Of a stretch of 64,000 bases of DNA, positions 49,442 to 58,162 are shown one piece after another (within the stretch, counting starts at the first letter, position 1; each line of letters starts with the position of its first letter). The stretch is from assembly GCA_965248355.1 (NCBI GenBank), contig OZ252098.1, forward strand, positions 1-64,000. The letters are read 5' to 3'. Both the position numbers and the translations under genes were made by a program. Below the pieces are notes generated by a model. It saw nothing but the letters and a program-made list of their open reading frames with translations, had not been told where the DNA came from and ran no database searches. This DNA comes from Candidatus Latescibacterota bacterium (GTDB taxonomy: Bacteria > Latescibacterota > UBA2968 > UBA8231).

Positions 49442-50837
49442 GAGCTACTATCGAAAGGTGTGGAAAAAGAGAAAAGGCGACCCTACCCTTCCTATTTTAG
49501 CAGCACACCACAAACCGCCCGGATGACGCCGGGCTTGGAAGGAGAGAGTCGCCGTGAAGGAATCTATGTTGGAGATCCCCCGCGCGTCCATGCCCACCTG
49601 GGAGACCTTGGAAGGATGGGTCCGGGGCTGGATCCAGGACCTGCTGCAGCGGATCCTGGAGGAGGAGGTGACCGAAGCGCTCGGGCGTACGCGGTATGCG
49701 CGCCGGTCGGCGGTGGACGCCCCGGGCTCGCGCAACGGCTACGGCAAGCCGCGGCGGCTGGCGCTGATGTCGGGCCCCATCGAGGTGAGACGGCCGCGGA
49801 TTCGAGGCCTGGAGGAGCGCTTTGAGAGCCGCATCCTGCCGCTGTTCCAGCGACGCACGCAGGAGGTGACCCGGCTGCTGCCCGAACTCTACCTGCACGG
49901 GCTGTCGCAGGGCGACTTCGAGCTGGCCTTGCGGGGCCTGCTGGGCGACGGGGCGCCCCTGTCGCCCTCGTCCATCGCCCGTCTGCGGGCCACGTGGGAA
50001 GAGCAGTTCGAGACCTGGCAGCAGCGGCGCCTGGACGACCGGGAGTTGGTCTACGCCTGGGCCGACGGCATCTACGTGAAGGCCGGCCTGGAGAAGGACA
50101 AGGCGGCGTTGCTGGTCGTCATCGGGGCCCTGAGCGACGGCCGCAAGGAGATCCTGGCGATACGGCCCGGCCATCGCGAGTCCACCGAGTCGTGGCGAGC
50201 CGTGCTGCGCGATCTTCGGGACCGCGGGCTGCCGGCGCCGCGCCTGATGCTGGCCGATGGCGGCCTGCCGATCTGGAGCGCCGTCGACCAGGTCTGGCCC
50301 GAGGCCGCGCAGCAGCGCTGCTGGAATCACAAGATCCTCAACGTGCTCAACGACCTGCCCAAGCGCGTGCAGGGCGCCGCCCGGGCGCTGCTGACGCAGA
50401 TCCCCACGGCCAAGACCCGTCAGCAAGCCCAGAGACGACGCGATCGCTTCGTGGCTCGCTACGGCGAGGCCTATCCGGCCGCGGCGGCCACCCTCGAGCG
50501 CGACTGGGATCGCATGGTCACGTTTTACGATTTCCCGGAAGCGCACTGGAAACATCTGCGAACGACGAACCCGGTGGAGAGCCCCTTTGCCTCGGTCCGT
50601 CTGCGAACCAACGCGGGCAAACGCTACAAGCGGGTCCAGGGGGCCACCGCTCTCATCTGGCGCCTGCTGAGGGTGGCCGAGACACGATTTCGCAAGCTCA
50701 ACGCGCCCGAGCTCCTGCCGGCGGTCTTCGCCGGTCGGAGATACCAGGACGGAAAACCGATCCAAGAGGACGCCTCTACCAGGGAAGGGAACAAGAGGGC
50801 CGCCTGATCTCGTTTACACACCTTTTGACACGACCTC
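49442..50837 (+). mobile_element. IS256-family insertion sequence
   Basis: Transposase plus imperfect terminal IRs (GAGCTACTATCGAAAGGTGTGGAAA versus the reverse complement of TTTACACACCTTTTGACACGACCTC); no obvious target duplication. Confidence 0.8.
49554..50807 (+). CDS. IS256-family transposase
   Basis: RNGY, WADGIY, QRCWNH and RTTNPVES. Confidence 0.95.
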   Translation: MKESMLEIPRASMPTWETLEGWVRGWIQDLLQRILEEEVTEALGRTRYARRSAVDAPGSRNGYGKPRRLALMSGPIEVRRPRIRGLEERFESRILPLFQRRTQEVTRLLPELYLHGLSQGDFELALRGLLGDGAPLSPSSIARLRATWEEQFETWQQRRLDDRELVYAWADGIYVKAGLEKDKAALLVVIGALSDGRKEILAIRPGHRESTESWRAVLRDLRDRGLPAPRLMLADGGLPIWSAVDQVWPEAAQQRCWNHKILNVLNDLPKRVQGAARALLTQIPTAKTRQQAQRRRDRFVARYGEAYPAAAATLERDWDRMVTFYDFPEAHWKHLRTTNPVESPFASVRLRTNAGKRYKRVQGATALIWRLLRVAETRFRKLNAPELLPAVFAGRRYQDGKPIQEDASTREGNKRAA

Positions 50838-50933
50838 TCTTTTGGTTCGTCATAATTCTGCTGTGCCAGAAGCGTTTGTATACATGAACGGGGCTAATAC
50901 CCCTCCGCGTTCCCTATGTCATTCCAGGCAGAG

Positions 50934-51227
50934 TCATGTGGTTGCCTTGACCAGCGGCTCAATGCCACTGGTGTCGGTGGTAGCCCTGGCCACATCCAGG
51001 TCATACATCCGCTGAAGGTTCAGCCAGAACTCCGGAGTTGTCCCCAGGGCCTTTCCTATCTTCAGCGCGGTGTCTACGGTGATGGACCTACGACAGTGGA
51101 CAATATCGTGGATGCGGAGCGGTGGCACCCCGATGGTCTTCGCCAACCGGTACTGGGTGATGCCCAACTCCTCCATGATCTCCGAGAGATGCTCTCCCGG
51201 GTGTATCGGCTCGGCCGTGTTAGTCAT
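50934..51227 (-). CDS. higA: HigA family antitoxin
   Basis: PIHPGEHL, ITVDTALKIG and FWLNLQ..YD. Confidence 0.92.
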   Translation of the reverse strand: MTNTAEPIHPGEHLSEIMEELGITQYRLAKTIGVPPLRIHDIVHCRRSITVDTALKIGKALGTTPEFWLNLQRMYDLDVARATTDTSGIEPLVKATT

Positions 51228-51238
51228 TGATGTCCTCC

Positions 51239-51517
51239 TCAGTGATAGTCGGTGATTTCCATCTCCATGGCTCCCTGGTCTGTCCAGATGAAGCACAACC
51301 GCCATTGGTCGTTGATGCGGATGCTGTGCTGGCCAGCCCGGTCACCCCGCAGGGCTTCCAGTCGATGGGATGGCGGTACCCGGAGGTCACTCAACGCCAT
51401 GGCGGCGACCACCCGCTGTAACCGCATCCTTGCCCTACGTTGGATGTCATGAGGCAGGCGCCGAGCAATTTGCCCGTTGAAGAGCTGCTCGGCATCCCTG
51501 TCCTTGAATCGGTTCAC
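51239..51517 (-). CDS. higB: HigB (RelE/ParE killer) toxin
   Basis: DLRVPPSHRLEALRGDRAGQHSIRINDQWR..DYH. Confidence 0.92.
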   Translation of the reverse strand: MNRFKDRDAEQLFNGQIARRLPHDIQRRARMRLQRVVAAMALSDLRVPPSHRLEALRGDRAGQHSIRINDQWRLCFIWTDQGAMEMEITDYH

Positions 51518-51523
51518 CTTCGT

Positions 51524-51552
51524 ATAGTAACGCTATGCATTATTACTGTCAA
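51524..51552 (-). promoter_or_regulatory. Sigma-70 promoter of higBA with overlapping imperfect palindrome
   Basis: TTGACA-17 bp-TACTAT, ending 6 nt before the GTG start. Confidence 0.75.
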
Positions 51553-51555
51553 GTG

Positions 51556-52094
51556 TAAGTATAGGAAAAATGAGGCCCCTTTTTTCTCTTGCCAAGGCGC
51601 GAACGCACCGCAAGGGTCAGGGCAAGCCTGCTGATGATCGTTTGCAGGTCGTTTGACCGAGCTGGCAGTACGGTTTGGTCGCCTGTGGCCCCGTATCGGG
51701 TCCAACCCGGTACTCGATGAGGCCATTCAGGACATACTCCTGCCTACTCCCGGGGCCGGGAGGCCATCGCGGAGGAGGTCAGGCGGCGAACTCCAACTGC
51801 GGCTGCGGCGGGGCCCTCGGCGGGGGCCTCACCGGCAGCCCCACCCCCTCCAGATAGGTCCGGATCGAGGTCGGATCGGTCAGGGCGGCGATGATTCTCA
51901 GACGACCTCCACAGGCTGCGCATTCGCTGAGGTCGGCGCCAAACACCCGGGCCAGCAGGGCCGCCCACCCCAGGCGATGGCCGCAGGGCGGAGCGCTCGA
52001 AACGCGGTCCGCCGACGGCTCGGCAACCGGCTTGGCCGGCACGATGCGGCCGCGGTCCCGGGCCCGGGGGGCCAGGACCCCGTGGTAGCGCAGG
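51556..52094 (-). mobile_element. Partial ISCR/IS91 copy (transposase 3' end plus oriIS)
   Basis: 539-bp near-identical direct repeat of 54642-55180; ends TTTTTCCTATACTTA on the minus strand. Confidence 0.9.
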
Positions 52095-52153
52095 GCGCCC
52101 GCGTATCGCACAGCCAGGCCGCGCCACACCTACAGCGCTTGACCGGACAACCT

Positions 52154-52197
52154 AAAAGACCCTTTATAATGCCTATACATTTATAATGCCTATACAT
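52154..52197 (+). repeat. 27-bp oriIS-like motif with tandem 17-bp duplication
   Basis: AAAAGACCCTTTATAATGCCTATACAT followed by TTATAATGCCTATACAT. Confidence 0.85.
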
Positions 52198-52257
52198 GCA
52201 CTGCGGTGAGAAGAAACTCTGGACGACAACGACATCTTCATCGAAAGGAGGAGCCAA

Positions 52258-54090
52258 GTGAACATCATCAAGGGCCCATATCTGCAATTCAATCGTCCTG
52301 AGGAAATGATCGTGCTGTGGGAAACAGATTCCCCCGGCCCATCCCGGGTGGATTACGGCCCGACTGAAGAATTCGGCCAATGCGTTGATCAGACCGCGCC
52401 CATGACCTTGCATTGCGTCGCGCTCCAGGCTCTGGAATCCGAGACTACCTACCACTACCGGATCCGCACCCAAGAGGCCCAAGCCGGCCCTTTCACCTTT
52501 CGCACCGCGGTCGACGACTCTACCTCCTTTGCCTTTGCCGTATTTGGCGATTCCCGCACCAGCCCCGAACAATCCGCTGGTATCTCTCGTCAAATGGCCA
52601 GCCACCAACCCCATTTTTTCCTCCACTCCGGCGACCTCGTCTCAAATGGCACCATGTACGAGCAGTGGGAAGAGCAGTTCTTTTCGCCGCTTGGAGAAGC
52701 CATTGCCCGCATCCCAATCTTCCCGGTCCTGGGCAACCACGAACAGAACTCCGCGCACTTCTATAACTTTTTCCCCAGTGGTTCCTGGTACTCCTTTGAT
52801 TGCGGCAACGCCCGATTCATTGCCCTGGATACAAATATCGCTTCCGGCGGGTTTGCACCCGGGACAGAGCAATATGCCTGGCTGGAGCGGTCCCTGGCAG
52901 AAACCTCTGCCCTGTGGCGCGTCGTCTGGTTCCACCACCCTCCTTATAGCTCGGGGAACCACGGTCCTTCCGTAGAGCAACGAGAGGCCCTAGCTCCTCT
53001 CCTCGAACAATACCAGGTGGATGTGGTATTCAATGGCCACGACCATATCTACGAACGCAGTTTTCCAATGCGGGCGAATCGGCGGGATGACGAATCCGGT
53101 GTCATCTATGTGGTCACCGGTGGGGGTGGCGCTCCGCTCTATCCCGTGGATGCCGGAGAGTGGACCGCTTTTGCCACCTCAGTGCATCATTGCTGCATCG
53201 TGTCCATCGACGGTCCCCATTTGCGCTGGCGCATCTACGACCTCGATGGCGAAGGAGTGGATTACCGATGGCTGTGCAAAGATCCCGCCTTTATTTCTGC
53301 GCAAGTCGACTCTCTACAAGACCCGGCCATGCGACTGGAGGCCATCTTTAACCTGGGGGCTCTTTGTCATCAAGATGCGGTCCCCGCCCTTTTACCTTTT
53401 GCAGAGGATCCCGATGCTCACATTCGGCGGCGACTGGCAGAAGCCCTGGCCAGAATGGGCGAACCCTGGACTCGAGAGAGCCTGGAGGGCCTGACCCGCG
53501 ACGATGAGATTGATACCGTGCGATGGGCGACCTTTGGTCTGGCATTGATCGCTCGAAAAGCACCCAGCCATCGCTTGAGTGAACTATTGCAGCATGCCGA
53601 CGAACAGGTGCGCCAACACGCCTCTCAGGGGCTCAAATTCATTCCCACGGACTGGGGACGCCAGACCTTGGCCGCCGCCATTGGCGATGCAGACGTCATG
53701 GTCCGCCGCAATGTAGCGCGGGCCCTGGCCCCGGTAGCAGGAGAAGTAGACTCTGCGGTCTGGAGCGCGGCTCTGGCAGACAAAGACGCCCTGGTTCGCA
53801 TGGCTGCTCTCCAGGGCATCGAAGGCATCGAAGGCATCGAGGAATTCTCGGATATTCTCCATCAACTCCTGGAGCACGACCACATCCCCACCCGCCGTGC
53901 CGCAATCCGGATGCTTTCCCTGCGGCCTCAAATGGATAGTCTCGAATTCTTTCTAAAGGCGCTGCACGACGAGGACCCCCAGGTGTGTCAGGGCGCAGCC
54001 GAAGCCCTGCAGGAATTGACGGGGGAACTCCTGCACCAACGCCCCGAAGCCTGGCGCTGGTGGTTTGAACAGCAGTCGAATGGCGAGTAA
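52258..54090 (+). CDS. Purple acid phosphatase-like metallophosphoesterase (FN3-like N-terminus) fused to HEAT repeats
   Basis: KGPYLQ, FGDSR, SGDLV, LGNHE and NGHDH; C-terminal HEAT/PBS-lyase repeats; AGGAGG RBS. Confidence 0.9.
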   Translation: MNIIKGPYLQFNRPEEMIVLWETDSPGPSRVDYGPTEEFGQCVDQTAPMTLHCVALQALESETTYHYRIRTQEAQAGPFTFRTAVDDSTSFAFAVFGDSRTSPEQSAGISRQMASHQPHFFLHSGDLVSNGTMYEQWEEQFFSPLGEAIARIPIFPVLGNHEQNSAHFYNFFPSGSWYSFDCGNARFIALDTNIASGGFAPGTEQYAWLERSLAETSALWRVVWFHHPPYSSGNHGPSVEQREALAPLLEQYQVDVVFNGHDHIYERSFPMRANRRDDESGVIYVVTGGGGAPLYPVDAGEWTAFATSVHHCCIVSIDGPHLRWRIYDLDGEGVDYRWLCKDPAFISAQVDSLQDPAMRLEAIFNLGALCHQDAVPALLPFAEDPDAHIRRRLAEALARMGEPWTRESLEGLTRDDEIDTVRWATFGLALIARKAPSHRLSELLQHADEQVRQHASQGLKFIPTDWGRQTLAAAIGDADVMVRRNVARALAPVAGEVDSAVWSAALADKDALVRMAALQGIEGIEGIEEFSDILHQLLEHDHIPTRRAAIRMLSLRPQMDSLEFFLKALHDEDPQVCQGAAEALQELTGELLHQRPEAWRWWFEQQSNGE

Positions 54091-54154
54091 TCTTTTGAAG
54101 CATGCCGCGCTGAAAGGCCGCATGTTCAAAGGAGAGCACCCGCAGCGGCAACAC

Positions 54155-54181
54155 AAAAGACCCTTTATAATGCCTATACAT
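54155..54181 (+). repeat. Second copy of the 27-bp oriIS-like motif
   Basis: AAAAGACCCTTTATAATGCCTATACAT, identical to 52154-52180. Confidence 0.9.
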
Positions 54182-54224
54182 CCGCTGTGTGGGGTCAAGT
54201 CAAGGCATGGTTCGGCTCGAGATA

Positions 54225-54527
54225 ATCTGGTCGTTTACATCGCCGACGGCGGTAACGGCCGCATCCGCCGAGTGGATGAGGCCACCGGAATCATCACAAC
54301 CGCCGCTGGCTCCGGCGACGGAGGATCGCCTGAGCAGGTGGCACTGGCCATGCCTCGCCAGGTTTCCGTCGACGCATCGGGCCATCTGTACGTGGCCGAC
54401 ACCTGGAACAATCGGATCCTCAAGATTTCGACCAACCCAACGGCGCGAGGTGGCCGACGGGGTTTACGTCTACCGGCTGACCAGCCAGCGAGGGAGTCTG
54501 GCCAAACCGATGGTTCGTCTGAAGTAG
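54225..54527 (+). pseudogene. NHL-repeat and FlgD/secretion-type C-terminal fragments
   Basis: YIADGGNGRIRRVD..G.LYVADTWNNRILKI, then in another frame VADGVYVYRL..MVRLK*. Confidence 0.65.
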
Positions 54528-54641
54528 CTTGGAACACCCGCCGACTGGCGAGTACGAGATCTTTGCGCCAAGTGCTATAATACTGTTATTTACCTTGAAA
54601 ATTGCGCATCTATCGCCATCTGAAAGCAGCGTGGCCCGTGA

Positions 54642-56460
54642 TAAGTATAGGAAAAATGAGGCCCCTTTTTTCTCTTGCCAAGGCGCGAACGCACCGCAAG
54701 GGTCAGGGCAAGCCTGCTGATGATCGTTTGCAGGTCGTTTGACCGAGCTGGCAGTACGGTTTGGTCGCCTGTGGCCCCGTATCGGGTCCAACCCGGTACT
54801 CGATGAGGCCATTCAGGACATACTCCTGCCTACTCCCGGGGCCGGGAGGCCATCGCGGAGGAGGTCAGGCGGCGAACTCCAACTGCGGCTGCGGCGGGGC
54901 CCTCGGCGGGGGCCTCACCGGCAGCCCCACCCCCTCCAGATAGGTCCGGATCGAGGTCGGATCGGTCAGGGCGGCGATGATTCTCAGACGACCTCCACAG
55001 GCTGCGCATTCGCTGAGGTCGGCGCCAAACACCCGGGCCAGCAGGGCCGCCCACCCCAGGCGATGGCCGCAGGGCGGAGCGCTCGAAACGCGGTCCGCCG
55101 ACGGCTCGGCAACCGGCTTGGCCGGCACGATGCGGCCGCGGGCCCGGGCCCGCGGGGCCAGGACCCCGTGGTAGCGCAGGAGATGGAACCGGGGCGGGGC
55201 ACCAGAGCCGCCAGCTTCTCCAGTAGTTCCATCGGAGACAGCAGGAGATGGCCGGTCCCATCCGACCACGGCGTTTTGAGCGCAAAGCAAAGCCGCTGCG
55301 AATCGAGGAGGCGCAGGCGCCCCGAGGCCAGGGCCGGCCGGGCCACGTAGCGGCACAAGCGTTCGAGCCCGCCCCGGTCAGGACCCGCGATCCGCGTCGC
55401 CGCATGCAGGGAAAAGCCGCGCGAGGCAAAGCACAAGGGCGCCGTACGCACCCCGGTGGCCGGATCTTGCAGGGCGCGTCGCAGGCGCTGGCCGGCCCGT
55501 TCCCCGGTGGCGACGGTCCCCCGCACCGAGGCCGCCGTCAGGGCGGCGAGCACGGGCTCCTCGTCGGCGAGCCGATCGGCGGCGGTGTCGTCGCGCAGGC
55601 CGCGTTTCGTGCACAAGCGGATGATGCGGCGCGCACTCGTCTGCACGATCTGCTGCACGTCTGAGTCGGACAACGGCGGGGCCGCTACGAAAACCGGAGC
55701 TTCTTCCCCATCGACGTAGACTCCGTCGAGCATGAGCACGTGTACGTGAGGATTGAGATTCAGGGAGGAACCGAACCGCTGGACGAAGGTCACCGAGCCC
55801 CAACGTGCATTACCATGGCCCATGGCCTGCGCCTGACGTCGATACCAGCCGCCCACCACGCGCAGAAACACCGCCAGTACCTTCGAGACCCACTCGCCGT
55901 CGTAGGCGAGGCGGTAGCGCATCTCGTACGGAAAGCTGAGCACCCACTGGCGCACCGGCACCCGGGGCAGCACGTCGTCGACCAGGCGCGCCGCCGTATC
56001 GGCCATGCGCCGGCCGCTGCACGAGGGGCAGAACCCGCGCTTCTTGCAGGAAAAGGCAACCGCCCGGCTCGCCCCGCAGTCCTCACAACGGGCGCGCACG
56101 AATCCGTAGGCCAGAATGCCGCATTCGAGGTAGGCGCGCATCTCCTTCTCGACGTGGAGCGGCAGTCGGTGATCGGACGTTCGGGTGTGCTGGAGAAAGG
56201 GTTCCAGATGCCCGGCGAGGATCTGGTAGAGGGGCTCCTTTTCCGGTTCGCGGCGGCGGTACGCGGACGGGCGGACAGGTGTGATCGGCATGGTGCCGGC
56301 CACACAGCAAGGGGGGGACCACCCGTGCTCGCGTCCGTTGTATTCCGGGGACTTGCTCTATGACTGGGTTGGTCAGCGCACGGGAGTGTGAAGATTCCCT
56401 CACATTCCGGATACATTCCGCCACGACAGGGCGCCCATCCCAACTGCCGTCAAGTCAAGG
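54642..56460 (-). mobile_element. ISCR/IS91-family rolling-circle element (upstream end approximate)
   Basis: HUH transposase followed about 220 bp later by oriIS TTCCTATAC. Confidence 0.8.
54865..56291 (-). CDS. ISCR/IS91-family transposase with 1-bp frameshift near 55197
   Basis: Zn domain CGIL..CEDC..FSCKKRGFCPSC; HUH NPHVHVL; single-Tyr RLCRY; the tail PPRFHLLRYHGVLAP is in a shifted frame. Confidence 0.9.
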
Positions 56461-56464
56461 TTTC

Positions 56465-56562
56465 GGCACCGATCATTCACAATGCTGGCGGACTTTCTTT
56501 CGCGGAATCGCCTCGATCTCTCGTAGAGCAGAAGGCTTGATCTTGACGCTATATCTTGCCAC
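56465..56562 (-). pseudogene. Truncated RelE-type toxin
   Basis: GTG at 56562 gives VARYSVKIKPSALREIEAIPRKKVRQ, then breaks; overlaps the antitoxin stop. Confidence 0.65.
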
Positions 56563-56782
56563 TGCGCTTCAAAGACTTGACGGCATCCTCATATGAGAGA
56601 TTGGGCTCAGCAGCGCGGTCTTCGAATGCAGCCAGATCCTCCGCGTCCTCGGCCAGTGACTGGCGCACTGCATCATTGACCAACTCGGAAACCGAACGGT
56701 CGGTCTCAGCCGCCTTGAGTCTCAAAGCCCGATGAATCGATGGGTCGAAATAGACGGTGCTGCGTTTTGTGGTATCAGTCAT
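56549..56782 (-). CDS. CopG/ribbon-helix-helix antitoxin-like protein
   Basis: KRSTVYFDPSIHRALRLKAAETDRSVSELVNDAVR..EDAEDLAAF. Confidence 0.85.
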   Translation of the reverse strand: MTDTTKRSTVYFDPSIHRALRLKAAETDRSVSELVNDAVRQSLAEDAEDLAAFEDRAAEPNLSYEDAVKSLKRSGKI

Positions 56783-56795
56783 TCGTCGAATATAA

Positions 56796-56813
56796 CGTTT
56801 TAACGTTAAAACG
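56796..56813. promoter_or_regulatory. Perfect 18-bp palindrome, probable RHH operator
   Basis: CGTTTTAACGTTAAAACG just upstream of the antitoxin start. Confidence 0.7.
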
Positions 56814-57015
56814 CCAAAGGCACAGCTCGTCCTCGACGTGGAATGGTAGCTGCCGGTCCGGCGAGCGGACAAGTCCTGAGCGGTGAGTGTGGAGCGTGGC
56901 GATGGCTGGAACATTCATGGAGCGAACTTCTGTATCCGCTTGTTACCCACGTCGGCCACGTAGATGAAGCCTTCGTCGTCTACGGCCACGTTCCCGGCGA
57001 AGAATCTGGTCCCCG

Positions 57016-57174
57016 TCACCTACCCTTCCGCCGTCGCCGCTGTCTTTTCACGGCCTCGCGCAATACGTATTCCACCTGGCCGTTCAGACTGCGCAATTCG
57101 TCCCGGGCCCATTCGTTGAGGTCAGACCATACCTCGGGATCAATGCGCAGGAGAATGGATTTCTTCTTGGCCAA
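57016..57174 (-). CDS. Arc-family RHH DNA-binding protein (52 aa, not in ORF track)
   Basis: TTG start with AAGGA; AKKKSILLRIDPEVWSDLNEWARDELRSLNGQVEYVLREAV. Confidence 0.8.
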   Translation of the reverse strand: MAKKKSILLRIDPEVWSDLNEWARDELRSLNGQVEYVLREAVKRQRRRRKGR

Positions 57175-57199
57175 GAAAGTCCTTACGCCGCGGAGTGAA

Positions 57200-58066
57200 C
57201 TAGTACAGGCTGCCGGCGTTAATGACCGGTTGGGTGGCCTCGTGCGAGCATAGGACCACCATCAAGTTGCTGACCATCGTCGCCTTTCTCTCTTCGCCCA
57301 GATCGACCAGTCCGGCTTTTTCGAGTCGACTGATTGCCATCTGCACCATGCCGACGGCACCGTCGACGATTTTCTGGCGTGCCGCGATCACCGCTTCCGC
57401 CTGCTGCCTCTGCAACATCGCGCTGGCGATCTCAGGGGCATAGGCGAGATGGTTGATACGAGCTTCGATCACCTGGACACCGGCCTCTCGAACACGCTCC
57501 TGTATCTCCTGCCCGAGCGCCTGCGAGACCTCATCGATTGACAGTCTGAGGCTGACCTCGCCTTCCTCCGCCTGATCGTATGGGTAGGTGGTGGCGATGT
57601 GGCGAACCGCTGACTCCGACTGCACATGCACGTACTGGCTGAAATCGTCGACATCGAACACCGCCTGTGCCGTGTCTCTGACCCGCCAGACAACGACGGC
57701 CGAAATCTCGATCGGATTGCCGGTCTTTTCGTTCACTTTGAGCTTGTCACTGTCAAAGTTGCGCGCTCGCAATGAGATCTTGCGGCGGGTGTAGAGTGGG
57801 TTGGCCCATCGGAAACCGGAAACTTTCTCCGTGCCTTTATAACGGCCGAACAGTAGCAGTACGGCCGCCTGGTTCGGCTCGACGGTAAACAATCCTCTGA
57901 ACATGACACCCAACACGATAAAGACGACGATAGCGGGGAGAATGATGTACGGCTGTGCTGCGCTGACGCCCTGGATGAAGACGAAGACATCGGCTGCCGC
58001 GAGAACCAGGAGGACGACGAGCGCCGTCCAGCCACCTCGCTGAGGTGTGTCCTTTTCAGTCGACAT
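57200..58066 (-). CDS. SPFH/Band 7 domain membrane protein
   Basis: Two TM helices, GNPIEISAVVVW, HLAYAPEIASAMLQRQQA and MVSNLMVVLC. Confidence 0.92.
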   Translation of the reverse strand: MSTEKDTPQRGGWTALVVLLVLAAADVFVFIQGVSAAQPYIILPAIVVFIVLGVMFRGLFTVEPNQAAVLLLFGRYKGTEKVSGFRWANPLYTRRKISLRARNFDSDKLKVNEKTGNPIEISAVVVWRVRDTAQAVFDVDDFSQYVHVQSESAVRHIATTYPYDQAEEGEVSLRLSIDEVSQALGQEIQERVREAGVQVIEARINHLAYAPEIASAMLQRQQAEAVIAARQKIVDGAVGMVQMAISRLEKAGLVDLGEERKATMVSNLMVVLCSHEATQPVINAGSLY

Positions 58067-58100
58067 GGGGAGCTCCTTGCGGGAAGCGGTGTGGAGCGGC

Positions 58101-58128
58101 GATATCTTTAGGATATCAAATTGATATT
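58101..58128. promoter_or_regulatory. Three GATAT(C/T) boxes at 11-bp spacing upstream of the SPFH-Arc operon
   Basis: GATATC at 58101, GATATC at 58112 and GATATT at 58123. Confidence 0.6.
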
Positions 58129-58162
58129 AGTAATCTACCCGCAAGGAGGGCTTCCCGCAAGT

